Positions 36,881 to 50,061 of a stretch of 64,000 nt of DNA are shown here, one piece after another. Numbering within the stretch: position 1 is the stretch's first letter; each line of letters starts with the position of its first letter. Origin of the DNA: Tubiluchus corallicola (lineage: Eukaryota; Animalia; Priapulida); NCBI GenBank assembly GCA_030141605.1, contig JAQGDQ010000057.1, forward strand, positions 124,001 through 188,000, read 5' to 3'. The position numbers and the translations under genes are program-made. Below the pieces are notes generated by a model that was given only the letters and a program-made list of their open reading frames with translations, had not been told where the DNA came from and made no database searches.

Positions 36881-39325
36881 AAACAGTAAACGCGATAACA
36901 CCCAAGGGAGGCTCGATAGCGCAAAATGTTCAACTTGGGTAAAACGGTGTAACTTTTAGGTTCTTTGTAGTTTGTGAGTTGACGGAGAAATAAAAACACC
37001 ATCAATAGACCACTAGCAAGTTAGTTTCATATCGTCTCTCTACTAGAAGTTCTAGTTTAGTGAGTTTCAGTGTCAACGAAAAGAGGTAACTTTTCACATT
37101 TTTACAATACCTTTCAGCAAACGAAAACACAATACAATTCGAAAAACTGCCTATTTTTCAGCAGACTTTGATCTCTAGCACTTTAAATGACTTAAACTCA
37201 AAAGTACAGTAAACGGGACTTTTTGGCTTTTTGACGTTTTGCACGTAACTGATGAGAAATATCTGAATAAAAAGGCAGTTGACAGAATTTTGCCTTTCAA
37301 ATAACAATACATTCAGCGTTCTTCATGAATCAGTAGAACATTTTAAGCTACATAGTGGTTTTCTAGTTGTTTTGATCTCATGACATTTAGTTTACTAATG
37401 TGTAATACCATTAACGTGCGCGCAATGTCTAGAAAGCTCATAAGAATACAAGAAAATCCTTACGAGGATTAATGCAAAGAAATGTGCCACTTCTGTTCCG
37501 GCGATAAAGCTTCAATGTTTCTTTATTAAAGGGGAAATAATTCGCTGCAATAATTCGCTATGACGCTTTTTTTATAATGCGAGTTAATTTTTATTTTATA
37601 AGGCGTTAATTGTGTGGCTAAACAAAATCACGGAAGCGTGTAGTTTCTTGGCCTTTAAAAGAGATCAATTTTCTTATAATTTTATTCTTAAACAGACTAT
37701 GCAATTTTTTTAAAGATTATTTCAGTATTGCTAATATATATTAGTTAGAAACGCACAAAATAAAAGACAGCATTATAAGCTGGCAGGAGATTTCTGTAAA
37801 TGTCTGCCATGTTAAATTGTTAGGCAAGTAGGCAGGGATCAGTCAAATTGCTGCTCACACGTTGTCAAGCGTGGAAACCTTGCCACGCATGACCGCTCCG
37901 TGCAATATCCATACTCCCACTTTACGCTTCATCAATAATCGATGATCAATAACTAACGCAACGTAAAATAAAGTGGCATTGAACAGCGTGCAGCAACAGA
38001 CAGTCACATCATAGCCAGCAGAAGGCTTCATGTCTTGACGCTATAATAACCGCGTTTTTGCACGTTCAAACATAGAGAAGTAGTAAAGTGCAGCTTAAAC
38101 GAAGCATCCTTCTTTGACAATTATTTAACTCAACGTGTGTCCTCATCTTGGACAATTACATCCTTCGGTTTGGAAGAATTCAGCAAACGAATTCCAAGCA
38201 GTAACAGCATCAACAAGATTCAAGAACAATGACATGGAATAGCGACAAGAACAGTAAGAACAACGATAACATTAGTCGTCATAGCCACATCAGTTACAGT
38301 AACTAGAAGAAAGACTACAGCGGCGAGTAGCAGCAACAACACCAGCAGCAACTGCTGCTGCTGCTGTTGCTTCTGATTCAACATAAGTCGTTAAACTTGA
38401 CTCATTCCAAACGATCAGTTATTTGTCAAGGTTTCTTACTTATTCTTTATTTATTTTAGATTTAAATCAACACATAAAGTAGTACCATATAAAAACAAAA
38501 TAAGTGATGCAGATTATAAAACCATATTCAAGAGATACAAAAAGGTAAACAAACTGTAGAAGAGGAACACAGGTTAGTTTAAATAATAAATGAAGAGGTA
38601 ATGAGTTCCAATATTGGAATATTTACAATGACTTATATCGAATATCCGTATCAGTTATGCTAGTTCAAATCATATTATCGCTACTTTACTAGCTGTTACT
38701 ACATTTTTATTCAGTGAGAAGTAACTAACGCGGGCATGAGTGAAATTTATTTTATATTATTTTGACGACGACGCATAAAAAAGAACCTACATTTATTCAA
38801 TAAACTTACACACTAGGAATATGAGTTTAATTGTTAGCATGTCCTAGAAACATACAAAAGAAAAGCGTATGTCGTTTCCTTTCCCAATTACATTTATCAG
38901 TTGTTTTGGAACCCCCAGCTTCTCTTCCTAACATAGCTCAAGTTAATTGAGACATTAGGATAATGAGAGGCAGAAAATGGTGACACTGCGGTTGACAAAA
39001 CTCAGCAGGAAGCTGAGAAGCTAACACGCATAATTGGAATCGCTAATTGCTTCTGCATTTCCTTTCTGGGTGTCGCATAGATTGTATTTCCAGTTTGATT
39101 CAATTTGATAATGCCCCACTTACAATAGTTCGTGTATACTGATATGTGTGAATATGCCTTTGAAGGAAATGGCGGCTCTATGCATGGATGGCGGAAAGTA
39201 TAGTTTGGCAGAACCTCCAAAAACGAAAACCTGCAGTACATGTACACTTAGTATAGTTTAGTAATGCTAACACATTAATAGCGTTAGTGGCCGGCGATAT
39301 TAGGCTCATTTTACGTCATTGCTTT

Positions 39326-39354
39326 TTCTTCTTCTTCTTCTTCTTCTTCTTCTT
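39326..39354. repeat. (CTT)n microsatellite
   Basis: Directly visible. Confidence 0.9.
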
Positions 39355-42080
39355 GCGTTCTAATGATTAACAAATAGAAAATTTGCAAGTTTCAGCAAGA
39401 TGTTAAAAAATGAGGAATTAATTACCAAATACTGGTTTTGAAAACCAGAAAGGCATCTAAATTTTCACCTTCAAATTTAAATGTCAGACATGAAACATGT
39501 AACAAAGACAAAGCCGATAGTATTATAATTAACTTTTTTATATTTATATTATAGTAGAATAAATAGTTCGCATTTTACAGTAGAATATTTAGAAGATGAC
39601 ATGATTTATTGACGTAGTAACCGTTGTTTTTTAACTGATGCTTTGTATTTTTAAATTCTGCTTATATTTTTATTATATTTTTGTAAATTTTGGTAGTTCT
39701 TCTAATTGCTTGTGATACGTAGTATTTCTTAGTTTTTAGTGTAAACTTTAACCTTTATAAAACATTTTTATATGTTGAAATAAACTTTAAATAAAATAAA
39801 TTAAGAACTGAAAAGATCAGAAGTGAGTCAGTCTTGGCAAAATGGCCAACGTCCACGATATTTCTGCTATAATTGAATTTAGGAGAATGGGTTATTGGAG
39901 AGCAATGTAACAATTTGTCTTGTCAATGATAAGAGTTTTGCGCAACATGCAACGAACAATTTTGCACTCATAAATCATGTCTTTTCCTTCGTACAAACAT
40001 TCAAAATGAATCTGCCAGATAAACTCGCTTTACCAATTAATAGTTCATGAAAGGTCATTGCAAGACCTGTGCTTTTTAGCAGAATGATGCCAAACATTTG
40101 GGTAAGTTAAAGACCTATATAATCCCAACAGACACTGGAGTTTTTTAACGCACTATTATGATTACACAAAGAATTAATAGCTATTATTAAACAAAAGAAT
40201 CTTGTAAATTAAATAACCTAATTTTGGCGAATTTCGAACGCGTGCATTTTCTGTTAAGATCGCCATGTTTCACGTCTTTGGCGCGAGTGAGCGAGAATGA
40301 CGTACGAGGTACAGAAAGCGTCTTTGGTTACCGATGTTTGTTTACCGATCTTTAGTGCCTCGTGACTGTACTCATAAGCGTCATTCGTCTGGCGCAAAGA
40401 AAAATGGCGGTTCTTCAAATCTAAGACCGCTAACAACGAAGTAATAAAAATCAAAAGAAACAAGTTTTACAGTAAGTTTGTAATAAAATAAATTGAATAT
40501 TCGTAACAAGAGTAAGATTTTAAGTTGTAAAAGCTTATATTATAGTGAGGGTTTAGTTTGGTGTTACTTTTCTTACGCAAGATGGTGATACTTTGGGGAT
40601 CGACCTGCTAAATATCACAGCATCAGGCAGCGTTAATTGCGTTATGGCAGATAAAGCTGACAGATCAGCATGAGAGCTCCTAGGGGGAAACTGCTCGACT
40701 CTCACCGTCTCACAATCCTTTTTACGATGCAATATGCTTTCATTCAACGCTCTGGTTGTTAGCATGAGCTCTCAAGTTGCTAGCATTAGTTGCAATCCTT
40801 CAGGGTACGTTTCGTGTTTCAGTTTACATTTCTTGCTTAGAAATCTGACGCACGAAAAGCTGAATTAGAGTCTTTGCACAAAGATTTCCGCTATTGTTCG
40901 CTGTAAGGCACTTATAAGAGATAAACATTTCTGCTTTTGAAAACATTTGATTGCATTTCAAGAAGAGTTACCTTCCTGTGACTCTCATTGCTGTGATTCA
41001 ATTGATGTTGTGTGAAAAGGTGACCTAAAACCCTGTTCACATTTATATAGTTTATTAAACGGTTAACTCAGAAACAATCACTTCTTCAGACTTTAGAGCA
41101 CCTCTGATGACATTTATGCGGATATTGGAATATATATGCCGACGAAAAATGTTTCTTGAGTGAAATAAAAAATAATTAAATGCATTTAAGACATTTAAAA
41201 AATTAAATCCCTAAAACGCTAATGGTTCGTTAACGCATTAAATCGCTAAAATCTCTTTTAAAAAGCTTAAATAATTAAAAGAAAATTATTAATCAACTGA
41301 GTAGGAATTCATTACGCCCAGATTTTTAAAGTTCGTTTGCACACAAAACACCATAAATATCTTTTAAGCATATTTTTCTATTTTTCGTGTTATTAAATTA
41401 ACCATTTTTATGACTATGTTTACAAAAAACCGGTTGAAAAGCGTTTTTGCAAAGTGCTTGTTGTAAGAGTAAGTGGTATAAACGACTTATTATTTATTCT
41501 AGAGCTTGTTAAAAACTTTACTTAGGCCAGTTTAAGTAAATGCCGCGAATAAATCATCCTTTACATTTCCTAAGTGTGAATCACAGTTTATCGACTTCGA
41601 ATTAACCGCTTCCATACGAGCAGGTTTACAGTTTTTTGCTTTAAATTTGCCTTCGTGATATTTTATTATCAGCGTTTCCTTAGCTCGGAGGGCAATTTAC
41701 CTTCAAGGAAAATTCACCATTGATCAGGGATGAGTAATTTTGCAAGCGGGAGGCTGAATGGAAATTTTTCTATGATGCACTTTGCAGCACGTTTTACATG
41801 CTGCAATCTTGGTATGAATTGACCATTATCTACTATAACAGCGTGATGGGTACGTATTGAAAAACTCTGGCTGTACCAAGTCATGTACTCTACCGGCGAT
41901 GAAGATGGCAGAATCTTATAAATAGCAATTATAGAACTTTTCAACAAAATAGTGACAATAAATGTGCATCAGTCACGTAATTATAGCGCAAACTAACTTC
42001 GTTTGTGCTATAAAAAGTCTACTAAACAAGTTACGATTAGCCATGCATTGTTTGAAACGTTTTTTGTAGGGTACAGTGTA

Positions 42081-42230
42081 GACGGTATAGTCTAGTGGTA
42101 ACGGGCTCGCTTTACGCCTGAAACGTCGTGAGTTCGATGCTGCTGTCGGGTCATACTAACGACTTAAAAATGGTACCTACTGTTACCGTGCCTGGTGCGT
42201 GATATTTAGGATAAAAGCGGGGTAATAATA
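42081..42230 (+). mobile_element. tRNA-derived SINE, MetaSINE-like central domain
   Basis: A-box TAGTCTAGTGG (42088-98) and B-box GTTCGATGC (42132-40), then GGGTCATACTAACGACTTAAAAATGGTACCTACTG, resembling the Meta-domain consensus as recalled (not searched). Confidence 0.7.
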
Positions 42231-44955
42231 ATCAGTATTATATAGTTATAGAATTATTATTTACAGTCGGCAAAAATATTTTAATTAAAAATTATTAATA
42301 TCATTTTTCTGCTGTAAACAAATGATTCATGGTTAATTAATTATCAGATTGGATTATCATTTGGCGTTTGGTCGATGTCAAATTTTTTCTGTCCATCTAA
42401 AACCATGCTTTTGTCTCTTTACTACCTATGATTATTTTAATTTAGATTATACCAAAAAAGACCAAGTAACAGGTCACTCGCCAAGAAATACTTCGTTTTC
42501 ACTCCAAAAAATAATTGTATTTGGAAAGGGAGTATGCAAGAAGCTAACAAATAAACGCATTCACTTGGTACAAATAAAACAGATAAAATCAGTAATAACT
42601 AGCAAGTCTTTATAGTGATTGTTGAAAGAGGATTCTGAGATTACTGGTTTTCTAAACTCATTAGTTTCCCTTCTCTCACAATCACATACGTTCGTCTTAA
42701 GTCAGCGATGACCTTCAGTAGTCAAATCCCTTCTGAGAAACACTATCACTATCCAATGTCCATTCTTAATGTCCTGCAATTGTTAGTCAACCCGGGCACC
42801 TTGTACAATTAGCCTGGTAGATAAGAGCAGATTATTTGGATTTAAGGATTAAGTGTTCAGTGTCGTAGTACGTGGAGGGACTACAAATTATGTGAATGCA
42901 GAGTTACTATAGACTCTGTAGCAAAATGTTTATTTAACCAGACTTATAATAGCTGCCTAGATTTTTCAATGTTTTCTGTAGTTAGTGTGTTTAATATATA
43001 ATTAAAAAGGACGAGTATTTTACTAAAATGAAATAGAATATTCTCAGGTCTAATAAATATGAATGTCAATACTTATCAGGCTAATATATTAACGAAAGTA
43101 GTTATAGCGTCGTATTCGCGGTTTTTTTTAACAAATACGATTTCTAAAACATCATATCTGAATCTGATACAGAACGCTAGTCATTTCGGGTTAAGCACTG
43201 CAAACCCGAAATAAAGGCTTCCTAAATGGTTTTACAATGCAACTATTTTTATTTTTTCATTTTTTTCTTTGGTTTTTATTCATAGATATCACATGAGAAG
43301 TGTCAGCTCAATTAAATCGACAAAATCGTCAAATCTTATTGTTACTAATAAAAACACTGACATTTTTTTGCAATAGTATGGCTGTAAAAATACGTTCTTT
43401 ATTTATCATACAAAAACATTGAATGCTCTTTATAGTCTCACAATGATTTTATATATTTCATGAGCTTTCAAGCAAATGTGAGACTATAAAGGGCTTTCAA
43501 CGTTTTTCGTACGTTAAAGATGACAAGTCCCGGGAGAACTCTCTCATTTTTTAATTCTTTATTTATGTACTTATACTGCCAGTTGTTTCTTCATTTCGTT
43601 TCGGCAATTTTCGCTTTAAGCAACTGAAAGGAATGCGCCTAATAGAAGGCCAACTTTTCCATTTTCTTCGTTTTTTGTCATTAAATTGTTGCAAACGATA
43701 CGACCAATAAAATCTCTTGTAATCACAAGCCAGTTTTACACCTGAATGGAAGGGCTGAAAGCTGATCTATTTTCAATTTGTCGGGCGGGAGAAAGAGCTA
43801 GTTAAAAGAACCAGCTTGAACGCTTGCGTCGGAAGCTCACCAGAAAAGGAAGCAGCCACCGATTCAGCTTCCGTTTTGTTGCATTTCTTTTCAAAGTCAA
43901 TTAGAGAAGAGAGGATTGTCAGGATTTTGCCATTAGGTTGAAAGCAGTTGTTGATGTGGAAAACAGAGGAGTATTTATTGAGTGTCTCTTCATGTCTTTA
44001 CTGTTGAATCTTCATCAGACTAGAGACATCATCAATGGTGATTTTCAGTAAGCGAGTGACCACGTTCTGCTATTAATGCAACATTATCCGCCACGACTTT
44101 TGTTCTTCAGCTTGAGGGGTTCAGATACAGATGACGCAGATGGGTCACTTAACACATAAAACTAATCCGTAAAATAACACTCAATATCAAGTCAATGACG
44201 AACATACACATACATAACCACTCATTCATAGCGATAGAAAACATACATAATATATATACATTCGTCATGATGGAACGTTAGCGTAGTTGTTGAACAGAAT
44301 TTTATAATCAGAGGTAACTTGCCTAAAGGAATCTTTGCTGCAGGAGAAGAAAGATTATGACAGGAAGAGAGAAAGATAGTGATTTGTATCACTGACTCCT
44401 GCAATTGTCAAAAGGTTTCATACCTCCTGTCGCCACTGCCACTATCATCATCACTGTCCTCTTCATTGTCATTATCACCATCGTTGTCATCATCATTACC
44501 ACCGTACAGTGTTGTAAGAGAGTTGTGGTGACTCTTAAGATGTTCTCTTGTTGATAAGGATAGGATTTTAGGTGTCAGGCTTCAGTGGCAATGCTAGTTG
44601 CAAAGGCATCTGTTTGTCAGGAAACGGAATTAAGTTTCAAAATCTCAAGTTTAACGCAATCATCACGAAAATTTCATATTTATGATATTTTTGCGCCACC
44701 ACCTCTGCTCCCCCTCAGTACCGCCATCTCTACCCCCTCCCCTAGCACCGCCATCACTTCCTCCATCGTGATTATTGTCAAACGCCACATAAAACATAGA
44801 AACACCTGCTCATTATAGAATAATCGTTTCATGATAATTAGCAATACTTAAAATGTCAACATTTTCCATCAAAAGTGCTAATTATAAGTGTGGTCATAAA
44901 TATGATTAAGGCACGAGTTGATTATATGACATTATAATATAGGTCTTGAACTGAT

Positions 44956-45380
44956 TTGCGCCTAATAGGACCTTCTGTCAACAGTTTACAGAAACTGCTA
45001 GATATATGCGAAAATTTTGTCGTTTCTCACAACATTGTGTTTAATGAGTCAAAAACCAAATGTCTGTACTTCGTCCCCGAAAAGATGCGAAATGTTGTAA
45101 ATGGAAAAATTTTTCTTAAACCAATTAATGCCAGTAAAAGTGAAAAATATCTATGGTACATGTTATCTGATGATTATAGCGATAATGTAGATACTGCTAA
45201 CCAGGTAAGATTATTCTATGCAAAAGCTAATACACTATGTAATAAACTTTATTATTGTTCAAAGGAAGTCGAAAGTATTTTTTTTAAAATCGTATTGCAG
45301 TGGAATGTATTGTAGCAGCATATGGATATTCCGTGGGAGATATAATATTGCGAAGCTCAGATTGGCGTATAATGTTACTT
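44956..45380 (+). mobile_element. Decayed LINE ORF2 fragment (downstream of the RT YADD motif)
   Basis: LIGPSVNSLQKLLDICE...IVFNESKTKC...EKYL...LSDD.SD....QVRLFYAKANTL...CS.EV; after a frameshift continues FKSYCSGMYCSSIW...KLRLAYN. Probably the same LINE clade as the 11476 and 12510 fragments. Confidence 0.85.
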
Positions 45381-47546
45381 TTGTTGTGTAGATGTAACAA
45401 ATGTCATCTTCTCCTTCCTTTACACTGAATCCCCAACATCGGCCAGGTTAACAATAAATCAGTTTTCTTGTGTTAGCTAAAAGTGTCTCTTTGATGACTC
45501 TCTAGTTCAGCGACTCATTAAATGATGCGGATGAGTTGACCAAGGCCACAGAAGAGCCCGTACTTGTCATTTTAATGACACGTTTTTGTTCGGATACAAC
45601 CGGAAAGTGCATTGTTGTGCAATATGTGTGCTCGATGAAGCATTGTACTGTAAAGGCCTCACAACAGCGTCTGTAGCTATAATATTATGTGTAGTCGTAA
45701 TGGATGAAGATATTGTTGAATATGTGCAAAGATATTGTTACAGGGGGGAAATACCATTTATTTTCTAAATTGTGATTGTTCGATCCATTATGAAGCCATT
45801 TCATATTAGCACTGCGTAGCATCTATAAGTAGCTGGTATGGAACGGCCTCGTCCGTTCAATCGGCAGACAGACAGGTGCGTTTAACACCTAAGCACCTGT
45901 TCCGTAGTCATAATTAGCTTGAGTAACTCAGTAAAAGATTATGGCTAGCTTTTACCTAAATTTTCTGTTTGAATTTTTACATTTCTTGTCAATTTTCTCA
46001 TCTGCAATATTTGTCTGCGATATGGTTTGAACCCCGAACCTCTTGGCCACCTCCACAACAATATTTTTACAAGGCGATTACACTATAGATGTAACTCGGA
46101 GCTTATGTATGAAACATAACCAGAAAGACTCAAAACCATTCATTAATGGTTGCTAAACGATTTGGTCATGTGCTACAAAATAGTTCATAGGGATGTTGAT
46201 TTAGACACCAAAAACTTTTTACAAGGACACTCACTGATAGGACAAAACGTAACCATAGTCTCAAGCTGTATGTTCGTAGAATGAATAAATAAGATTTTGA
46301 GTTTTGGTACTCCAACCGTGTTGTTCGAGTACTCCTTACTCAGTTCGGTAAGTGATGCACCTTTGGTCACTGTAGGAAATTCTAAACTTTTCAAAAACTG
46401 TAGTTTTAGCTTGTATCTTTACGCTTCCCCCATATTCATGGTTTTATTGGTTTGTAGTTTATTTTTTACTGTCTGTTTTATTTCAATGTGAAATAAAATG
46501 AAATAAATTAATAGATAAAAGTAATAACTTCCGCAGAAAATCACCAAAAGCAATAGAATGAAGGTTATTAATTAATGAAGTACTAGTCCTAATTAGATTT
46601 TTCCAGGGTTAGCAGTAACAAACTGTTCCGATATCGGCTTAACTTTATACATGGTTTCTTGCATTTTAAATTGTTTGCCATTATGGCTTCCATTTCCATA
46701 TTAGGTTTTAAACGTTATAGCTTCCATAAAACTTGGTTATTATCGTCGCTTTGCGGAGCAGAAGTGTATTATAGTTACTGGAATTGACATATTTTGCGAA
46801 ATACTGCCCTGGAGGCTGAACAAGTCCTCCTAATAAAACAAAATACTTCACGAAATTGAGGCGAGCAGTTTAATATTATTACCATTATTTATTTTCGAAT
46901 ATTACACGCACATTATTAAACAGAACCGCGTAGGTTAGTAAAGTACAAAGTCATGCATTTAAATGAGGGGATACTTGTCTAATAAGTAAAATATCTTATG
47001 ATTACTGTATTTGCCTCTAATTTCGCTCCTGCGACTATCGACTGTTTTTGTTTTTTATTTTTTAGACTAAACAAACGCTTATGCCTTGGCTGTCCAGTTG
47101 CATAGTAATAGGAGGCATCTGTAAAAACGAATAATTGACTTATTCTAGGAATTATCAGCATCGTCACTGTCAGCAGCTTTGTTAGCCACATTAACAGACT
47201 CAGAAGTTTAGTAGAGTAGTTCTAATCATTTTGATTAAATGTGATATAATATAATATATTTGATTTGAGTTCGCACGTGAAAAATCTGGGACAATTAGAT
47301 TTATTGGGAGCAGAGGCGGTAGACTAAACAAACGCTTATATACGGACAAAATTTCCTTATGTAACATATTTACACATTTAATTTTAGTTGTTTAATTCTT
47401 ACAGTGCGGAGAATTTAATTTTTCTGAGAAATTGAAAAAGCATCTGTTGAAACTAGTTCCACGAAGCGTCTGAGTTTCTTTATCATAGATTCCGCCAATA
47501 AACCTTAATATTGTGTCTTCTGCCGACATATCTAAGTAGCTAAAGT

Positions 47547-47662
47547 TCATCATCATCATCATCTATGTGCTTCTATGCTCTGAACATGGCACGCTCCACG
47601 TCTTGATGCCCAGCGTTCTTATCCACTGCCACCGCCCACGATACATCATCCCTCAAATCTAG
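47547..47662 (-). mobile_element. RTE-type LINE 3' end
   Basis: Minus strand LDLRDDVSWAVAVDKNAGHQDVERAMFRA* (like 'W..LA.DR..W...V') followed by a (GAT)n tail. Confidence 0.45.
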
Positions 47663-47965
47663 AGTTGTATTTGCTAATTATTTTTTCAGTATATCTGTAT
47701 ATTTTTTCTTGTAGTTGGAAGTAGTCTAGAAGCCGACTATTAGAAAAGCAAGTATATTGAAAGTTTAAAATTCAAATTTTTGAGAGCAACAGCCGTCATG
47801 TTTAACCGCCTAGTCATAGCTAAAGATACTCATATCATCCGATTCACCTTATTCTTGCCCTAAGTTAAACTTAAAATCTTCATTGATTTTATTAGTCTTG
47901 CCAACATAAAAACCATTTCAGTTTTTCTATAAACAAGACTATTGTTGTGCATTTAGTCCACTATA

Positions 47966-48476
47966 CTGTACGGGACATCAGCAAGTAAACGGTTTCAATC
48001 TGTCATACCGCCCTCGGCTATTTAGGGTTTGAGGAGCTGTACGGGACATCAGCAAGTAAACGGTTTCAGTCTGTCGTACTGCTTCGGCTGTTTCATAATT
48101 TGACGGAGCTGTACGTACATCAGCAAGAAAACGGTTTCAGTCTGTCGTACTGCTTCGGCTGTTTCATAATTTGACGGAGCTGTACGTACATCAGCAAGAA
48201 AACGGTTTCAGTCTGTTGTACTGCTTCGGCTGTTTCATAATTTGACGGAGCTGTACGTACATCAGCAAGAAAACGGTTTCAATCTGTCATACTGCCCTCG
48301 GCTATTTTACAATTTGAGGGAGCTGTACGTACATCAGCAAGAAAACGGTTTCAATCTGTCGTACTGCTTCGGCTGTTTCATAATTTGAGGGAGCTGTACG
48401 TACATCAGCAAGAAAACGGTTTCAATCTGTCATACTGCCTTTGGTTCTTTCATGATTTGAGGGAGCTGTACGTACA
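47966..48476. repeat. 71-72-bp minisatellite, about 7 units
   Basis: GAGCTGTACGTACATCAGCAAGAAAACGGTTTCARTCTGTC... starts at 48034, 48106, 48177, 48248, 48320, 48391 and 48463. Confidence 0.95.
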
Positions 48477-48652
48477 CGTGGCTATTCAGTGTTTCATCCT
48501 TGATGACCCGGTATGTAGATTCTTCTCCGTCACATACATGGCAATAGTAACTGGGTTTTGCATTATGAAACGATTCTTGGGAAAGATGTAATACTAAAGT
48601 AAACCTATTCAATATATTACTCGTATAAAAATTTGTACAACAGACTCTTGTG

Positions 48653-49451
48653 GCTATCCGCATCTAGATACACCTCTGCTTACCGGCAGCAGAGCGTGCC
48701 ACATCAGAAGCTGAGCTATCCGCATTCTAGATGCATCGCTAATTCTCGGGAAGAAATAAATGCGAGTGCCTTCTTGTGATAACATGACGTTAATGTGGCT
48801 AAGCTCATGCACGCAAACAATTCATTAGTCTCGTATTGAAGCTCTTGTTTATCCTAGAGATTACCCACTTATACATGCATACATATATGCAACATCAACA
48901 CGAAGAGAGGCTTCCTCGTTAACTGTGGGTGGAAAAAGTAGCTCACTTTACTTGGGATGGGGATGTAAGCTGTAAAGCATGGCTAAATGTGAATTTTGTG
49001 GTGTTAAAGGTGAATCAAGGATGCGGATAGCTCAGCTTCTCATATGGCACGCTCTGTTGCTGAGGTGCATCCAGGATGCAGATAGCTCAGCTTCTGATAC
49101 GGCACGCTCTGTTGCTGAGGTGCATCTAAGATGCAAATAGCTCAACTTCTGATATGGCACGCTCTGTTGCTGAGGTGCATCTAAGATGCAGATAGCTCAG
49201 CTTCTGATACGGCACACTCTGTTGCTGAGGTGCATCTAGGATGCAGATAGCTCAACTTCTGATATGGCACGCTCTGTTGCTGAGGTGCATCTAGGATGCA
49301 GGTAGCTCAGCTTCTGATACGGCACGCTCTGTTGCTGAGGTGCATCTAGGATGCAGACAATTCAGCTTCTGATATGGCACGCTCTGTTGCTGAGGTGCAT
49401 CTAGGCTGCAGATAGCTCAGCTTCTGATCTGGCACGCTCTGTTGCCGGTAA
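48653..49451. mobile_element. Foldback/MITE-like element with one arm expanded into tandem repeats
   Basis: 48680-48735 is the reverse complement of the last array unit including its unique GCCGGTAA end (49451). Confidence 0.6.
49018..49451. repeat. 55-bp minisatellite, 8 units
   Basis: GATAGCTCAGCTTCTGATAYGGCACGCTCTGTTGCTGAGGTGCATCTAGGATGCA at 49026, 49081, 49136, 49191, 49246, 49301, 49356 and 49411. Confidence 0.96.
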
Positions 49452-49991
49452 CGGGAGGAGATGAATGTACATTGAAAACATCGTCGACAAGCGCTATCGT
49501 TTTATTATGCATGTATGCGAAAACTTATCCGCCCATTTTGTGTGTGGTGTGACGTACAGATGGCGTATAGATTTTCATGTATTAGAATTGCAAAGTCAGT
49601 TAAGCTAAATCAAGTTCCGCGTATATTAACAGTTAAACTGAATGAAAATGAGCGCAGTCTAATGCTGATCTTTAACCCATCTTTAATCATTTGTAAACAA
49701 AATGGCTGATTTACTGAAAGACAATAAGAAAAATAAGTACAAATAAAAAGAAATTTTTTATTTTGGACCTGTATTACAGTGAAATTTCCTTAAGCGTTTA
49801 AAAGCATAAGGAGAGTTATGTGGCGTTTACCTGATATCCAGTATGCATATGTGTCATGCGTGGAATAGTTCAAATCGGTTTATGTTGTTTTCAATGCACC
49901 CGTTTATCTGACCTGCGTTATGCATTATTTTTTCTTCAACTATTTTCTATTGATTTTTATATGCAGCTATTCAGCAGGTGGATAACACATA

Positions 49992-50061
49992 ACGCATTCC
50001 GGATGCCAGGTAAACGCCACTTAACGCATTACGCATTCCGGATGTCTGGCAAACGCCACTT
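49992..50061. repeat. 39-bp-period tandem duplication
   Basis: ACGCATTCCGGATGYCWGGYAAACGCCACTT x2. Confidence 0.85.

Noticed and set aside
42081-42155. Functional tRNA gene
   Set aside because: Stems do not close into a cloverleaf and it continues into a SINE body.
47715-47745. Candidate NPR exon 2 after a TTCTTGTAG acceptor
   Set aside because: Stop codon after 9 codons and no NPR similarity.
47966-49451. CRISPR-like arrays
   Set aside because: Units are head-to-tail with no unique spacers; no cas genes; eukaryotic context.
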